This document shows, in pieces, positions 61,805 through 64,000 of a stretch of 64,000 nt of DNA. Location: NCBI RefSeq assembly GCF_001194135.2, contig NC_068997.1:30545547-30609546 (forward strand), given 5' to 3'. Position 1 is the first letter of the stretch, and every line of letters starts with the position of its first letter. A program made the position numbers and the translations under genes. Under the pieces are notes generated by a model that did not search any database, had not been told where the DNA came from, and saw only the letters and a program-made list of their open reading frames with translations. Origin of the DNA: Octopus bimaculoides. Its lineage: Eukaryota.

Positions 61805-63045
61805 TAAACTTATTGCTGACAAAGGTTGCGTGATGTTCAATTATAAATAATTAAAAATATGCATTAAGTACAGGATATTATCAACGAGGGAAAAATACGT
61901 AAACATACAGAGATAAGTACAGGACAAAACACCAAAGGAAGTTTCACTCTTCTTCAGTTGTCGACTGTTTATAACTACCTGTTTCAAGCTTTCAACAAGA
62001 CAGGAAAACTTCATAATACAGCAGCATCCAGACATTTTTAAAATATAAAATTTATGGAGAGTTGTGGCTTCAAATGAACAAACGATACCGGAGTGGACGT
62101 AAACAATCAGAGAGTGTTTACATATTTTTCCCTCGCTGGTAATAATCCTGTGCTTAATGCGTATTTTTTGTACTTTTCCTGTACTTATCTGTCGTGTGTT
62201 TACGTATTTTTCACTCACTGGTGATGTCCTGTACTTAATGTGTATTTTTAATTATTTTTGATTATTTATAAACGAATGCAATAAGTTTTTATATTCATAC
62301 ATAATTTCTGTGACACCACACTCTGTTCTCTGCCTATTTTCTTTCTTTCTCCGTATCCGTCTATAATCCTCTATATTTTTTCTTCCCTCCTTTGCTGTCC
62401 CCGTCTATCTTTCTTTGCTTCTCTTTTCTCCTCACTCCCTTTGTTTCTTTCCCTCTCCTATTTTTGTCCCCCTACCACCTCTGCCTGTTGGTCATATGCA
62501 ACTACAAGCCATTTTCCTCATCATTCTGTCTTTTTTGGATGAGACGTCTAGCCAGCTGGACGTTAGTTTCTCTCGCAGCACGATATTTTTTCTTTTCTAT
62601 TTTCTTTCTTCTACTATCTTTTCTCTTCTTTTTATTTTATATCCTTTCAAAATTTCTCCCAGGCGTTACCTACTACAATTTGTCTTGGCCTAACAGCTCT
62701 TAATATAATTCTTTGTCAATTGTTTACTCTGTACGTCTACTCTGGTGTCGTTTGTTCAATCGAAGCTTTAACTCTCCATATATATTATATTTTTAAAATT
62801 CTGGATGCTCCTGTCTTATCATTGAAAGCTGGAAACAGGCAGCAATAAACAGTCGATAACTGAGGAGTTTAACTTTCTTTGGTATTTTGTCCTGTACTTA
62901 TCTCTGTGTGTTTATGTATTTTTCACTTGCTTGTGATGTCCTGTACTTATTGTGTTTTTAATTATTTATAACTGAACACCATGCAGCTTTTGTCAGCAGG
63001 AAGTTTTTGCATTCATATATTATTTCTGTGATTCCACACTCTTAA
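61805..63045. mobile_element. Back-to-back inverted and partial tandem copies of a PLE terminal repeat
   Basis: 61805-62110 is the reverse complement of about 62720-63005. 62176-62325 repeats 62890-63045 directly. The unit carries a hammerhead core and a residual FVHLKPQLS endonuclease-like end. Confidence 0.7.
61923..61962 (-). ncRNA. Minimal type I hammerhead motif (40 nt)
   Basis: GACAA CTGAAGA agagt GAAA C..GT T TTGTC: 5-bp stem I, 1-bp stem II, AC/GT stem III, GUU triplet. Confidence 0.6.
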
Positions 63046-63069
63046 TGTGTATTTTTAATTATATATATA

Positions 63070-64000
63070 TGGTGGTTGTCTACTCCTTACACAGAATTTG
63101 ACCACATCCTATACCTACACATTAGCCCTTTCATGGCGTCTGATGTGGCTTTTTAAACCAGACAATGTTTTGAAAAAACACCCACACAGATTGCACCTCT
63201 GATTGGAACTACCAATACTTGCAGCTAAGTTCTGTTCATTGTGGATCCTAACATGTCTTTTAAGACCCCCATTGGATTTGTAAGCCTTCTGGCATACACC
63301 ACATTCAAACGTGTGCACAGACATATAGTCAGAATAGGTGGTTGAAGTTTGTTTTCCATGGGTTTGCAGGTGAGATTTGAGGCCAGCAAAAGACAGGCAT
63401 GGTCTGTCACAGACTGTGCACATAAAAAGGTCCATGTCATTCACCTTCTCGATCTTTACATTCTTCCTTAAATATCTTTTGAGTCTTGCTTGAGTTATTC
63501 TGGCCTCTTCAAACGCTTTCATTCCATTCCACACTTTTGTTCGCCATCCAACTTGATCTGAAGCGAGGGTTTCTATATCTTCTGGAACCATTCCAAGTGA
63601 CGTCATAGTAGTCCTTATGCCATCCTTAAACCTTTTTTTAGGTTTCTGCCGATAGCGTTTCCCCTCTGCAAGCTCACCATAAAACAGCTGTTTCGGCATG
63701 CGTTCATCTGCCATTCGAACACTATGGCCACACCATCTCAATTGGTTCCTCAAAATCATAGCTTTAATTGAGGGGATGCCTGCAGGTGCAAGGATATCTG
63801 TGTTTGGAGTAAAAGAATTCCATTGAATTTTTAAAATATGACGAAGGCATTTTTGGTGGAATTGTTCTAACAGTTTAAAATGCCTTTCATAACAAGTCCA
63901 AGTTTCACAGGAATACAATAGGGATGTTAAGACAAATGATTTGTAAAGAGCCAGCTTTGTATTGTTATTTATATGTCGCTGGCGCCAGATGCGCGACTCC
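63070..64000 (-). mobile_element. RTE-BovB-like LINE 3' end; open ORF (63115 to the window edge) ending in three C2H2 zinc fingers
   Basis: TKLALYKSFVLTSLLYSCETW, QLRWCGHSVRM..RMPKQLFYGEL..G, then CTVC..HLQTH, CGVC..HVRIH, CNLC..HIRRH; short 3' UTR and (AT)n tail. Confidence 0.92.

Overview
AT-rich animal genomic DNA with several N gaps. The SINE families, microsatellite load and LINE content look like a coleoid cephalopod, probably Octopus; this is inferred from repeat recognition, not from a search. The only host gene I can support is a TRPM-family cation channel (TRPM2-like N-terminal MHR1/2-SLOG region) on the minus strand. It appears as three phase-compatible exons (61246-61423, 36778-36923, 27454-27628) separated by introns of 24.3 and 9.1 kb. 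Most of the rest is nested, mostly decayed transposons: Penelope-like elements (PLEs), RTE, R4/Dong-like, Tx1/L1 and CR1/L2 LINEs, Gypsy LTR elements, mariner, hAT, a Helitron fragment and tRNA-derived SINEs. The most interesting signal is invisible to the ORF track: five distinct type-I hammerhead ribozyme motifs in PLE terminal repeats or retrozyme-like units. One lies downstream of a tRNA-like Pol III head, and one has an extra hairpin inside a 279-nt repeat. Also notable: a (TTAGGG)n tract at the branch-point position of a TRPM intron, acidic substitutions in the TRPM2-type ADP-ribose pocket, a PHD finger inside RTE ORF2, and an open RTE ORF ending in three C2H2 fingers. Transposon boundaries are approximate, and all alignments and RNA folds were done by eye.
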